Positions 46,907 to 64,000 of a stretch of 64,000 bases of DNA are shown here, piece by piece. Position 1 is the stretch's first letter. The number at the start of each line of letters is the position of its first letter. The position numbers and the translations under genes were made by a program. A model generated the notes under the pieces. It did not search any database, had not been told where the DNA came from, and saw nothing but the letters and a program-made list of their open reading frames with translations. This DNA comes from the human T2T-CHM13v2.0 reference genome, Homo sapiens. Location: assembly GCF_009914755.1 (NCBI RefSeq), contig NC_060940.1, one strand, 5' to 3'.

Positions 46907-49389
46907 TTTAACTAGTAAAAGTAGATTTACCAGCAGTGTGACCTTGGCTAAGGTTACCATTTACACACCTGTAAAATAGGCCTGATTTTATGTCAAACTC
47001 GGAAAATCACTACGGAGAGTGAGTGAGATATATGTATCAAACATCTAGCATAGTTCTGGGCACACAGAAGGCACTTGGTAATGTTTAGCTCTAGCTCTTC
47101 TTGGTTTTCATCAGAATAATGGCTCCTGTTCTCTTTGTGTTGTGATTATAACTTAAACTCTGGTCTGGGTGTGAGAGTAGAAAGAGGAGAATAGCAGAAA
47201 TTCAGGAATGGATTGGTAATGAATTGGTAAATGACTTCTATCACCCCTACCCCCCCTACCCCAGCTCTGCTTTCCTCTCCTGCACTTGGGAAAATGAGGT
47301 AAACTTTTCAACTGAGCAGTAAGTGACTTTTCAAAGGTCACACAATGAATGAGTGAATGAAGAGAAATTAAGCACTTTCGGGACAAATGGATCCCTGGGT
47401 TGACAAACAAAGGTCCATGTCAAACAATGTGAGCCCAACATTGACAGAATCCCACAAGGGTCTGCTTGCTTTCCTTAGTGTATGCTTCCCAGTGTAGTTC
47501 CTCCAGCACTTATTTGAGAGATCCATTTATGCCATGTCTTGCATATCATGAAAATCCTAGAAAACAATGTCCCATAAAGTCAGGGAAGGCCTTCCTGGAG
47601 CACTCGGCATTAGAATTTTCATCATGGGCCCTCATGGACAGGCTAGAAAGGCATTTTAAGCTTTTGAATATGGTTATAAGAAAGTACAGGGTCTTGCTAT
47701 GTTGCCCAGGCTAGTCTCAAACTCCCAGGCTCAAGCGATCCTTCCAACTCAGCCTCTGTGTAGCTGGGATTACAGGCATGAACCACCACGCCCGGCCAAA
47801 ACCTGTTTTTTTTTTTTTGTTTTTTTTTGTTTTGTTTTGTTTTTTAAAAAAAACAAGCTGCTGCAAAAGAGGATATACACAAAAGAAGTCAGTTTGCAGG
47901 ACACGATGAAAATCATGGTTTGTTTTATGCTGCATCTGCTGGGTAGGGCATGGAGGGAGGAGATGAGGCCATCGTTGTGGACAGGAGATATTATAAGGGA
48001 AAATTATCTAGAAACTGAGTGGGAGCTGTGCACATCACATCATTGACTCTCTAGCTGCAGAAGGAAAGGAAAGAGGTCACCACAAAGTGATCTGAAAGTG
48101 AGGTCAAGGGCAATTCATGTACCATCTCTGCAGACAGAGCATAAACAGATTGATTTTGAAGGATGAGGAAGGCAGAAAACAACATGTGGAGCCTGTGAAA
48201 AAAATATTGCAATGTAAAGGAATGTCATATGGAGATTAACCTGAATAATTTATCTCTGAACTTTCTTTTTCTTTTGAGACAGGATCTCACTGTATCACCC
48301 AGGCTGGAGTGCAGTGGTCACGCATGGCTGTAGGTGCATCACAGCTCACTGCAGCCTCAACCTCCTGGGCTCAAGTGATCCTCCTGCCTCAGCCTCCCAA
48401 GTAGCTGAGAATAGAGGTGTGTGCCATCATGGCTGGCTAATTTTTCTTTGTATTTTTTGTAGAGACAGGGTTTTACAATGTTGCCCAGGATGGTCTCAAA
48501 TTCCTGGGCTCAAGAAATCCACCTGCCTCAGCCTCCCAAAGTGCTGGGATTACAGGGGCGAGCCACCGTGCCAGGCTGAAACTTGTTTTTGCAGGACTTG
48601 AAGCCAAATTTCAGGAAAACTGTTTGGTATCTTCAATAAGGTGCAGAAAGACCTAACTTTAAATGAAGCAGGAACAGAAAGCAAAAAAGGAAAAACAAAC
48701 TAAGATGAAAAGACAAGATGAGATAAAAAGTGAGATGGATGCCCTAAGAGATGATGATGATAATAGCAATAAAATTGCTCACATTTATTTAACATTTCCT
48801 ACATACCATGCTTTATTCAAAGTATTTTTACATGTATTAACTCATTTAATCCTTACTATTATTATTGTCCCCATTTTATAATTGAGGGAACTGAGGAGGA
48901 TAAAGAAGTTGCTCAAAGTCACCCCAGTATTAAGTGTTGGAGCCAGGATCCGAACTCTGACAATTTCACTCCATGGCCTGTACTTTCCCATCCTTGCACT
49001 AACAAAGCCTGCCACAGAAACAAAAGATACAAAGGCAGAATTAAAATCATTCAAGACAGTAAAAAGAATAATTGAAGTTGTGGGTGGCTGATATCAAAAT
49101 GAAAAGCGCACCTCGAAAGACCAAAGCCCCAAAACAAGAAAAAAGGAGATGATGGTTATGGGAGCCAGAAAATTATTTTTTTCCTTGCTGACGGAAAGGA
49201 TGCATCACATTCCAGGCAAAATAAACAAAAGAGGACACAGTCTGTTAAAAACAAAACAGAAACAAAACCTACAAAAACATTAAATAAAAAACATATGAAA
49301 AACAAACTACCACTTTATATATAATTCAACCTCACTTCTAATTTAAAAAAGAAGAAATTTAAATTAGATACTATTTTCACTTTTCAAAT

Positions 49390-52942
<3,553 letters not shown>

Positions 52943-53374
52943 TGATCTGCCTGCCTCAACCTCCCAAAGTGCTGGGATTACAGGTGTGAGCCACTGTGCC
53001 TGGCCGAGATATGATTTTCATATTTCAAATTGCTTGAGATTTTGAAAAGGCAATACTCAGTGAGGCACAAGGGAAGTTTAGCAACCAAAAGCTTTAAAAT
53101 GTTACCGATCTCTTGACTCAGCAATTCTATTTTAGGAAATCATCACAAGGAAATAACAATGAATTAAGTAAATATCATTAACAACCAGAATATTGTTAAT
53201 GATAGTAAAAACTAGGAGATAAAAGTACAGAATGATCTTATATTTTAAAAACAAACCTGGAGACACATACATGCATAAGAAAATGTCCAAAAGAATTGTC
53301 ATCAAAATATTAATTGTGGCTCTCTTTTTATCACATATTTTTATTGTATATTTTTTTCTTAAAAAATAAGAATG

Positions 53375-54115
53375 AACTTCATACCCACCACAATGGCTAT
53401 TATCAGTAAAACATACAGAGAGAATACAAGCACTGGTGAGGATGTGGAGGAATCAGAACTTCTGTGTATCGCTGGTGGGAAGGTACAATGTTGCAGCCTC
53501 TATGGAAAACATTACAGCAGTTCCTCAAAAAATTAAACATAGCATTAACATATGATCCAGATTTTCACTTCTGAGTATATACACCAGAAATAGCAGAGAC
53601 TCAAAAGACAGTATTTGTACACCCATGTTCATAGCAGCTTTATTCGCAATAGCCAAAAGGTGCAAATAACTCAAGGATCCACTGACAGATGAATGGATAA
53701 ACAAAACGTGGTGTATACATGAAATGGAATATATTCAGCCTTAAGAAAGGAAATTCTGACACGTGCTACAACATGGATGAACGCCGAAGACATTATGCTA
53801 AGTAAAATAAGCCAGTCACAAGAAGACAAATACTGTATGATTCCTCTTACATGCAGTACCCAGGGCAGTCTAATTTATGGTGACAGAAAGTAGAATGGTT
53901 ATTTCCAGGGTAGGGGTGGAGAAGGGGCTTTGGGGGAGGTACTGTTTAATGAGAACAGTTAGTTTGGGAATGTGAAAAACGTCCTGGAGATGGAGGGAGG
54001 TGATGGTTGCCCAACAATGTGAATGTACTTAACACCACTGATTTGAACAATTACAAATGGTCAAAATGGTAAATTTTGTGTTATGTGCATTTTACTATGA
54101 CAATAAAATAAGCAA
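53375..54115 (+). mobile_element. L1MB-like 3' end fragment
   Basis: ORF2 C-terminal/3' UTR motifs (atatgatccag, acatggatgaac, agccagtcacaagaagacaaatactgtatgatt). Confidence 0.75.
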
Positions 54116-54201
54116 AAATCATCCAAACCAAAAACTCAATGAATGCATGACAATCTGACTAATGGATTGATACAGAGACAGAGCCTCCCTGTGGTTCATC
54201 T

Positions 54202-54649
54202 TGTGAAAGGAGCATATCTTGGGCCCCCAAAATCATCAAGCTAAAAGGAAAAGTCAAGCAGGGAATCACTTAGGGCAAACCTGCCTCCCATTCTATTAAA
54301 GTCACCCCTCTGCTCACTGAGATGAATTCATATCTGATTGCCTCTTTTGGAGAGGCTAATCAGAAAACTCAAAAGAATGCAACCATTTCTCTCTTATCTA
54401 CCTATGACTTGGAAGTCCCCTCCCCACTTCAAGTTGTCCCACCTTTCCAGATGGCACCAATGTTCACCTCACATACGTTGATTGATGTCTCATATCTCAC
54501 TAAAATGTATAAAACCGTGCTCTGGCCACCTTGGGCGCATGTTTGTTGTCAGCGCCTCCTGAGGCTGTGTCACAGGCATGCGTCCTCAACCTTGGCAAAA
54601 TAAACTTTCTAAATTAACTGAGACCTGTCTCAGATTTTTGTGGTTCACA
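54202..54649 (+). mobile_element. Solo ERV1 LTR, MER4A1-like
   Basis: TGTGAAAGG...GGTTCACA termini, 4-bp TSD atct at 54198-54201 and 54650-54653, AATAAA near the 3' end. Confidence 0.8.
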
Positions 54650-56020
54650 ATCTGACAGATGGCCATGTATCAAATGAAGTGTGCAAGCTGTGCAGAGAAA
54701 GAGTATGTGGCAGGCGGTAATAGTATCTACTTGCTCATTCATTATTTCATTATTATGAAACATAATAATGTTTCATTATTATCAAACATACAGAAACATG
54801 GAAGACATTGTACAGTGAACATTTGTATACTCACCTTCTAGATTTTACCGTTAGCTCTTTATTTGTTTTAGTACATACCTGGTCATCCCTCTATCCTTCC
54901 TTTAATCTATCTTTTTTTTAAAAAAAATTCAAAATTAATTTTAAGCATCTACACACTTTCTCATAAATACTTTGGCGTGCTTCTTATTACCTAGTGTTCA
55001 GTATTTGTTTATATATTTTTCCTTTGATATAAATCTTACAATGAAATGCACACATCCTAAGCCCACATTTCTAAGTTTTGGCAAATGCACATATTTGTGT
55101 AATCCAGGTCACTCTTAAGATATGCAACATTACTATCTCCCCTAGAAGTTCTCTCATGGCCCTTGATACATGTTTTTTTACAATCACAAAAAGTAAAGCT
55201 ATTTGGGAAGTACTTGTAGTATGATCCTCTTTTTGTTCTAGGAATATAGAAAAAACTGAAAGAAAACATAAGAAGTGATATTTCTGGATAGTGGGATTAC
55301 CACTGATCTTAATTTTCTTCTATTCCTTTCTCTGTATTTTCTAAATTTTATATAATGTCTTACTTGGGTGGTAGAAAAACAAAACAAAAGCGACTTAGAA
55401 GAAGCATCTTCCTTATAAGAAATGATGTCACACACATAAGAATATTTACAGTCACTAAGTGATCATTTTGAAGACAATGTATGTAGTGAAATTGGAAACA
55501 TTTCAATATGATATTAAAATATAACTGCAGGCCCGGTGCAGTGGCTCACGCCTGTAATCCCAGCACTTTTGGAGGCTGAGGCAGGTGGATCACTTAAGGT
55601 CAAGAGTTCAAGACCAGCCTAGCCAATGTGGTGAAACCCCATCTCTACTAAAAATACAAAAATTAGCCAGGCGTGGTGGTGCATGCCTGTAATCCCAACT
55701 ACTTGGGAGGCTGAGACAGGAGAATCTCTTGAATCTGGGAGGCAGTGGGTGCAGTGAGCCAAGATCATACCACTATACTCCAGCAGGAGCAAGAGAGCAA
55801 CACTCTATCTCAAAAAAAAAATTATAATGACAAAATTAAAAGAAATATTAATACCATAAGTACCCTATACGAAGGCATGTCAACACACACAGAAATAGAA
55901 AGGAATAAGAAAAACACAAGTGTCTATATTTCTCATTTTGTTTTGGTGATGGAATTATAGGTAATTTTTGCAAAAATAAAACAGTCATATCCTCTTTTTC
56001 TAAATTAAAAAAGTGGTTAA

Positions 56021-56390
<370 letters not shown>

Positions 56391-56541
56391 TAATTCTGTA
56401 ATTCCTTACATATTTATTAGCCACCGTGCCTGGCCTTCTGTGGCTTTTGTAAAGGGCTCACCTGTCTGCACATTCTGGTTGTGTTTAGAACACGTAATTC
56501 CAACTATTATACTAGAACATAACAAACAGGTTCTAAATTAC

Positions 56542-56787
56542 CTCTTTCTGGAAAGATGTTGTTTTTGGTGAGTTTGACGCTTTTGGGCCTTGGGTGGTTA
56601 TCATCCATGCCCATGATCAGGTTGCGGAAAAACACATCAAATTTCTTTCTGCTGTCTGCGTTGATGGTGCCAGCCACGGTCCACACCAAGGAAAAGAGAA
56701 ACAGTCCTTGGAGCCAGAGAAAGATCTGTTGACTTGACAGGCCTTCACCTAATTCCATTTCCTCCTCTTCTACTGCCCTGATTTCAT
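56542..56787 (-). CDS. DNAH3: Exon, 246 nt: (D)EIRAVEEEEMELG...FLFSLVWTVAG...NNIFPER
   Basis: Acceptor cacttttag|AT, donor GAG|gtaatt; phase 1 to 1; dynein F.FS.VW..G motif. Confidence 0.92.
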
Positions 56788-57285
56788 CTAAAAGTGAGAA
56801 AAGCGAATCTCAGGACAGAGTGCAGAATGCCACAGATGTAAGGGCTGTGAACTGGTTGGCTTTGCCTTTGAAGGGTCTGGGCCAGAAGGGCGACTGATAT
56901 TGGCAGAGTGCCTATCACCTACCAGATCATTTCACATGCATTTTTTTTTTTTTTTTGAAACAGGGTCTCACTCTGTCTCCCAGGTTGGAGTGCAGTGGTG
57001 CAGTCACAGCTCACTGTAGCCTCAACCTCCCGGGCTCAAGTGATCTTTCCACCCCAGCTTCCTGAGTAGCTGGGACCACAGGCACTAGCCACCACATCTG
57101 ACTGATTTTTGTATTTTTTTATAGAGATGGGGTTTTGCCAGGTTGCCCAGGCTGGTCTCGAACTCCTGAGCTCAAGCAATCCACCCACCTCGGCCTCTCA
57201 AAATGCTAGGATTACAGCCGTGAGCAATATTTTTATTTTTACTGCTGTATAATAATATAGTGTGTGTATATATATATATATATAA

Positions 57286-57555
<270 letters not shown>

Positions 57556-57629
57556 TGATCCACCCACCTCAACTTCCCAAAGTGCTGGAATTACAAGCGT
57601 GAGAGACCGCACCCGGCCTTTACTGCAAT

Positions 57630-58200
57630 ATTTTTATTGTGGTAAAATACATGATATATAATTTACCATCTAACCATTTTTTAGTGTATAGTTCAGTGGT
57701 ATTAAGTGCATTCATATTGCTGTGCGACCATCACCACCATCTATATCCAGAATTGTTTTCATCTTGAAGAACTGAAGCTCTTTGCCCATTAAACAATAAC
57801 TTCTCCCTCCATCCTCTCTCATCCCCCTTGCAACCAGAACTCTCCGTTCTGTCTTTATAAATTTGGCTACTCTATGTACATTAATTGTAGAGAAGAATCG
57901 CACAGTCATTTTGTGACTGGCTTATTTTCTTAGTATAATGGCTTTAGTGTTCATCCAAGCTGTAGCATGCATCAGAATTTATTTCCTTTTTAAGGCTAAA
58001 TAGTATTTCATTGCAAAATTACAATACATTTTGCTTATTTGTTCATCCATCGGTAGACACATGGGTTGTTTTCACCATTTGGGTATTGTGAACAAGAGTT
58101 CTATGAACATGGTTATACAAATATCTGATCAAGTCTCTGCTTTCAATTCTTTTTGGTTTATATGCTAAGGTGAAAGTGCTGGATCAATAAGTCTACATTT
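57630..58200 (-). mobile_element. L1MB-like 3' end fragment
   Basis: tttttattgtggtaaaatac...gttcagtggtattaagtgcattcatattg motifs. Confidence 0.7.
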
Positions 58201-58663
58201 ACTTTTTTGTTTTTTTGGAAATTAATCTCTTATCAGAGAGGAGGTAAGACAGGGGTCCTGCTATGTTCATCTCCCTCTAGGATATCCCTGTGAGGTAAAA
58301 AGGGCAGGAATTACTACTCTCATTATGTAAATGAGGAGCCTTAGACTGAGGAATGATGGGGTAATTTGCACTAGAATACCACCCAAAAATCAATGTCAGA
58401 CAAAGACTAAACACATGGACTTTGCCTACCAAACTCTACTATCTGCACTCCAAAGGCTTGCTTGTTCTAGATCAAACAGCCAGTCATGTTGTAATTCAAT
58501 GGGGGCCAAAGAGAGGTGGGAGCAGAAAAAATAGCCAAGGTAGCCCAGGCGCTGTGGCTTATGCCTGTAATCCCAGCACTTTGGGAGGCAGAGGCAGGTG
58601 GAACACTTGAGGTCAGGAGTTCAACACCAGCCTGGTCAACATGGCGAAACCCCATCTCTACTA

Positions 58664-58810
<147 letters not shown>

Positions 58811-58885
58811 TCATCTCAAAAAAAAAAGAAATAGCCAAGGTAGACCCACCCCCCATGTGGCTTAAGAATCATGGCTAGCACTTAC

Positions 58886-59015
58886 CAAGCAGAGAAGAGT
58901 ACAGTCTCATCATTGAGAAGGCAAGGTGGATGGGAGATGTCTGGACAACAAATTTACAATGAAGGCGACCAAATTCCAGGCAGGGCTGGACAAGCCACAT
59001 GAACATGTCATTGAC
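58886..59015 (-). CDS. DNAH3: Exon, 130 nt: VNDMFMWLVQPCLEF...RLYSSLL (AAA2 lid region)
   Basis: Acceptor tactctcag|GTC, donor TTG|gtaagt; phase 0 to 1. Confidence 0.92.
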
Positions 59016-60139
59016 CTGAGAGTAGAAACCTCCATGAGACTTGGAGACATGATCAACAAGTGAGTTGACGACCAAGAGCTTGGTCTACCTTGTGAGGCTA
59101 GAGATGCTGGTTAGACTGCTGATTTAAATGTAGGTGCATTGGGGGAAAACTTATAGGCAACAAGACCCCTATCTCAGCATCCTCCTTCAGGGTCCTAAGA
59201 CTGTTGCCCACAGGCCATGTTAACTCAGTTTCCCATCCGCATTCCACTGCCCAGAGCTGATACTCAGAGAGGCTTGGAAATACTCTGGGTCAGCTACAGG
59301 ATGCATAAAATGTGTTTAGAACCCAACTAGTGTATCTGTCTTTGTTTCTATAAAAAGTATTAGGAATTCTAAACAATTAATTTACAAATGACTGTTATGT
59401 TAGACACTGGTGAGGTGGGACTCCTGTATAAATTAGTCAAAGAGAGTACAGAGCTAATTTGGGGGGCTCATTTTCAGTAATTTACCACACGTATGGGTAG
59501 GTTTATATGTTCTTCTTTGGGGTTATCATGATTCTTGCCTCTAGTGTCTGTTCTCCAGTCCATTTACTCTTTTAAAAAGTTATCCGACTTGCTTTTCTTG
59601 TAATGCTTTTTTAAACCTTTGTTATATTTTTTTTAAAAAAGATTTATTTATTTACTTACTAAATTTTTTTTTTTTTTGAGACGGAGTTTTGTTCTGTCAC
59701 CAAGGCTGGAGTGCAATGGTGTGATCTCAGCTCACTACAACCTCCGCCCCCACTGGGTTCAAGCGATTCTCCTGCCTCAGACTCCCTGAGTAGCTGGGAT
59801 TACAGGCACATGCCATCATGCTCAGCTAATTTTTGTATTTTTAGTAGAGACAGGGTTCTACCATGTTGGCCATGCTGGTCTCGAACTCCTGACCTCAAGT
59901 GATCCGCCCACCTCAGCCTCCCAAAGTGCTGGGATTACAGGCGTGAGCCACCACGCTCAGCCTCTTTGTTATACTTTATTTGTGACTTTCCCTATACACA
60001 TTTTTTTTAAGAAGTAGGAAGGCCATCACTAAATAAATACAGACTTAGGTGTGGATCTATATAGATAATTTATGTATGTGTAGATGCATTTATATGTATA
60101 TATAAAAATACAGGTATACATGGAAATGTGGTATATCAA

Positions 60140-60670
60140 TTCAGTCAATAAATATTTATTGAGCATCTACTAATTGCACGGTAGTAGTGCTGGGGATAAA
60201 CAATGGAAAAGGTAGACAAGGAGCCCTCATGGAGGGTCAGGGAAGACAAACAATAAATAACTAATCCAGCAGGGATATCAGTAAAATACCTATAGATCAT
60301 GCAAAGTTCTAGCAGGAAACACAAACGTGTTATGGTGAAGAATAACAGGAAGGGTTTAAATAGGGTAAAGAAGCCTTCCTGGAGGAGGAGATTTTTATGT
60401 TGAGAACTGCATGATGAGGGTGGAGCCAACTCTGAGATAAACTGAGGCAAGAGTCCCAGGAAGAGGAATAAAAAGAGCAAAAGCCTTGAGGTGATGAAAC
60501 CTGGGCTTGTCTTGGAAACAAGACAGGACTGCTGGAGACTGCTAAGCTGAGGCTGAGAAAGAGCAGGAAATGAGATTGCAGAGGCAGGCGGGGCCAGATC
60601 ACATAGTCTCATGGGCCCTGATAAGGAGTTAAACTTTGTGCCAGGGACATTGGGGAGTCCCTAAATGACT
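60140..60670. mobile_element. L2 3' fragment
   Basis: ttcagtcaataaatatttattgagcatctac ... gccttcctggaggagg motifs. Confidence 0.6.
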
Positions 60671-60699
60671 TTACATATATGGGGACTTGGCAGCTTTTG

Positions 60700-60702
<3 letters not shown>

Positions 60703-60734
<32 letters not shown>
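60703..60734. repeat. (GT)n microsatellite
   Basis: Directly visible. Confidence 0.92.
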
Positions 60735-60735
<1 letters not shown>

Positions 60736-61510
60736 ACTGGCGCTTGAATGTGCACGTGGATATGTACTTGCACTTTACATATTATCCATGTATGTAGGTG
60801 ATGACAGACATTCAGCCGTCCTACATAATCTCCCAAAGAGTTTCCATTGTAGGAATAGACCATCCTTGGATTCCTCAGTGGGAGACTTTCCTAAGCATTC
60901 TATTAACACAGGGGAGGGCAAGAGGAACCACAGACACCGCTACTCCCTTCCTGCTTCCGGGTCTGAGAGTGTGGTCAGGTACCCGCCTAACCCGAACTTT
61001 CCCACCTCTTTAGAGAAGGGAAGAAGGGAGTGGTCGCTCACAGTAGCTGCAGTGAAAGCACTTCTAACTGGTTCCAGCTCCCTCAAGGTGGGAGGTGCAG
61101 AGTCCAGGTTACAGGGATGGGAATTGGCAGCACCAAAAGGAACACCTGGCCCATCTCTAGAGAAACTTCTACAGACATTTCTGTTAGTGGGGCAATGAAG
61201 AAAGAGGTGACATTTCAGCTTCCACAGAGAACATTCCTCAGCACTGGGATTCTCCACTGGGGAGCCAGGGAGTGATGGGGAAGGAGGAAGAGGAAAGAGA
61301 AATTGACTGCACCACCCCAGGCCCACCATATGGAGAAGAAAGTTCGAAAAATGGCAGGCAGCCAGGAAACAAGATAACTGGGGACAACAAGGGAATTCCC
61401 TGCCCCTTGTTGCCTCCAGGGACTATGAAGGTGAAGATGTACCTAGAAGACCCTCGAGATGAAAAGCAGGGAGACAGCAGGAGGGGAAGGAAAGGGTCTG
61501 AGGGGCTCAC

Positions 61511-61616
61511 CAATTCTTTGTGCTCCTTGGTGAGACTGGAGGGCAGGGTGTCCATGTAGGAATCCTTCAGGGGCTTCCAGCCTAGTTGATGGGGCTCCAT
61601 GTAGATCATCCCACAC
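61511..61616 (-). CDS. DNAH3: Exon, 106 nt: (R)CGMIYMEPHQLGWKPLKDSYMDTLPSSLTKEHKEL
   Basis: Acceptor ttcccag|G, donor TTG|gtgagc; phase 2 to 0. Confidence 0.93.
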
Positions 61617-61837
61617 CTGGGAAGCACAGAGGACCAGTTTAGGTGCTCGCTTCTTTGTTACTAATACGGGTTAACATTTATTGAGCAATCTACTGCATGT
61701 CAGGCACCATGCTAGGCATTAATGGATCTTGACAATAACCTAGTCCCCTGGGTTTACCCACGTTGAATCTTGTGTTCATCTGCCCCTTGATTTCTTTCCT
61801 TCATATACAGTTTTATAGCATTTCTATATGTTCCTAA

Positions 61838-62020
<183 letters not shown>

Positions 62021-62026
62021 TAGTAG

Positions 62027-62182
<156 letters not shown>

Positions 62183-62553
62183 TAGTTGTTTTTAACAATT
62201 AAAAAGGGGTACCATGTTATAGATAATATTTTGATCTTACTTTTATTATTACTATATAATAATAATATAGTATATAATAGCATATAACCATACAGTATAT
62301 ATATTATTATATATTAGCACATAATAATATAGTATATATTAGTATATAGTATAACATTATATTATATATAATATACTGTAATTATAGATATAATTATGTA
62401 ATTATAGATGTAATTATAGATATAACATATTTATAGATGTAATTATAGATATAATATATTTATAGATATAATTACATTATTACATTATCTGTGTTCTATA
62501 TAATATTGCTAAGGTTTTGTCCTTAATAGAGTTACTAAGATTTATTTATATAG

Positions 62554-62832
<279 letters not shown>

Positions 62833-63224
62833 TAGTAGAAATGAGGTTTCACCATGTTGGCCAGGCTGGTCTCAAACTCCTGACCTCAGGTGATCTGCCC
62901 GCCTCGGCCTCCCAAAGTGCTGGGATTACAGCATAAGTCATCGTACCTGGCCACCAATAACTCGATTAACAGGCATTTGGGCTGTTTCCAAGTGCTTGTT
63001 ACTGTGAGTTCTGCCACTATATTTTTTGTACAGATCTCCTGTTGCACATGCCAAAAGTTTTCCTTGGGCCTGTACTTAGGAGAATGGCTGGCTCTTGGGC
63101 ATACGGAGATTCAACTTTAGGAGATAATATCAAACTGTTTCCAAAGTACTTGCTGGGTTTTAGACTCCCACCAGTAGTGTGGACTGAGGGCTGATTTTAT
63201 GACAAATCTAAATGAATGACAAAT

Positions 63225-63815
<591 letters not shown>

Positions 63816-63941
63816 AAAATAATAATAATGTAGATGATCTGCGAGGGCTTCATCACATTTGTGAAATTTGAGAGCTTTCTCTTTTGCTTAGGGTGAGTGG
63901 AGCCACACTGTCCCCCGGGGTGCCAGTGAGGGCTGCCTCAC

Positions 63942-64000
63942 CTGCTCACAGTGGCTGGAGAGGCTTGCTCGAGGTCGGCGGGCTCGAAGATCAGGCTCAT
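63942..64000 (-). CDS. DNAH3: Dynein heavy chain exon (5'-truncated by window), end of AAA2: MSLIFEPADLEQASPATVS(R)
   Basis: Conserved FE..DL..ASPATVSRCGM motif; donor AG|gtgagg; ends in phase 2. Confidence 0.92.

Overview
Primate (almost certainly human) genomic DNA lying entirely inside one large minus-strand gene for an axonemal inner-arm dynein heavy chain, which I recognise as DNAH3. I assembled 16 coding exons (the first cut by the window edge) with GT-AG boundaries. Their phases join into one open frame of 5119 nt (1706 codons + 1 nt). The frame runs from the end of AAA2 through AAA3 (GPTGTGKS), AAA4 (GIGGSGRQS), the stalk and microtubule-binding domain and AAA5 to the start of AAA6. 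The last exon is unusually large (2142 nt). The introns are packed with repeats: about 64 Alu copies or fragments, old L1/L2/MIR pieces, hAT DNA-transposon fossils (MER58A nested in MER119, MER3, MER5A, MER91-like), an MLT1 LTR, a MER4A1-like LTR and an intact 1.5 kb LTR12C-type solo LTR in the gene's own orientation. I see no evidence for a new stand-alone gene or biological system. The most interesting points are regulatory or splicing related: a possible LTR12-driven internal promoter, a re-splicing (RS-exon) configuration at the giant exon, a 28-nt sliding alternative junction, an Alu fold-back hairpin and an abnormally long Alu target-site duplication. Repeat subfamily names come from recalled consensus sequences, and repeat boundaries without a TSD are approximate.
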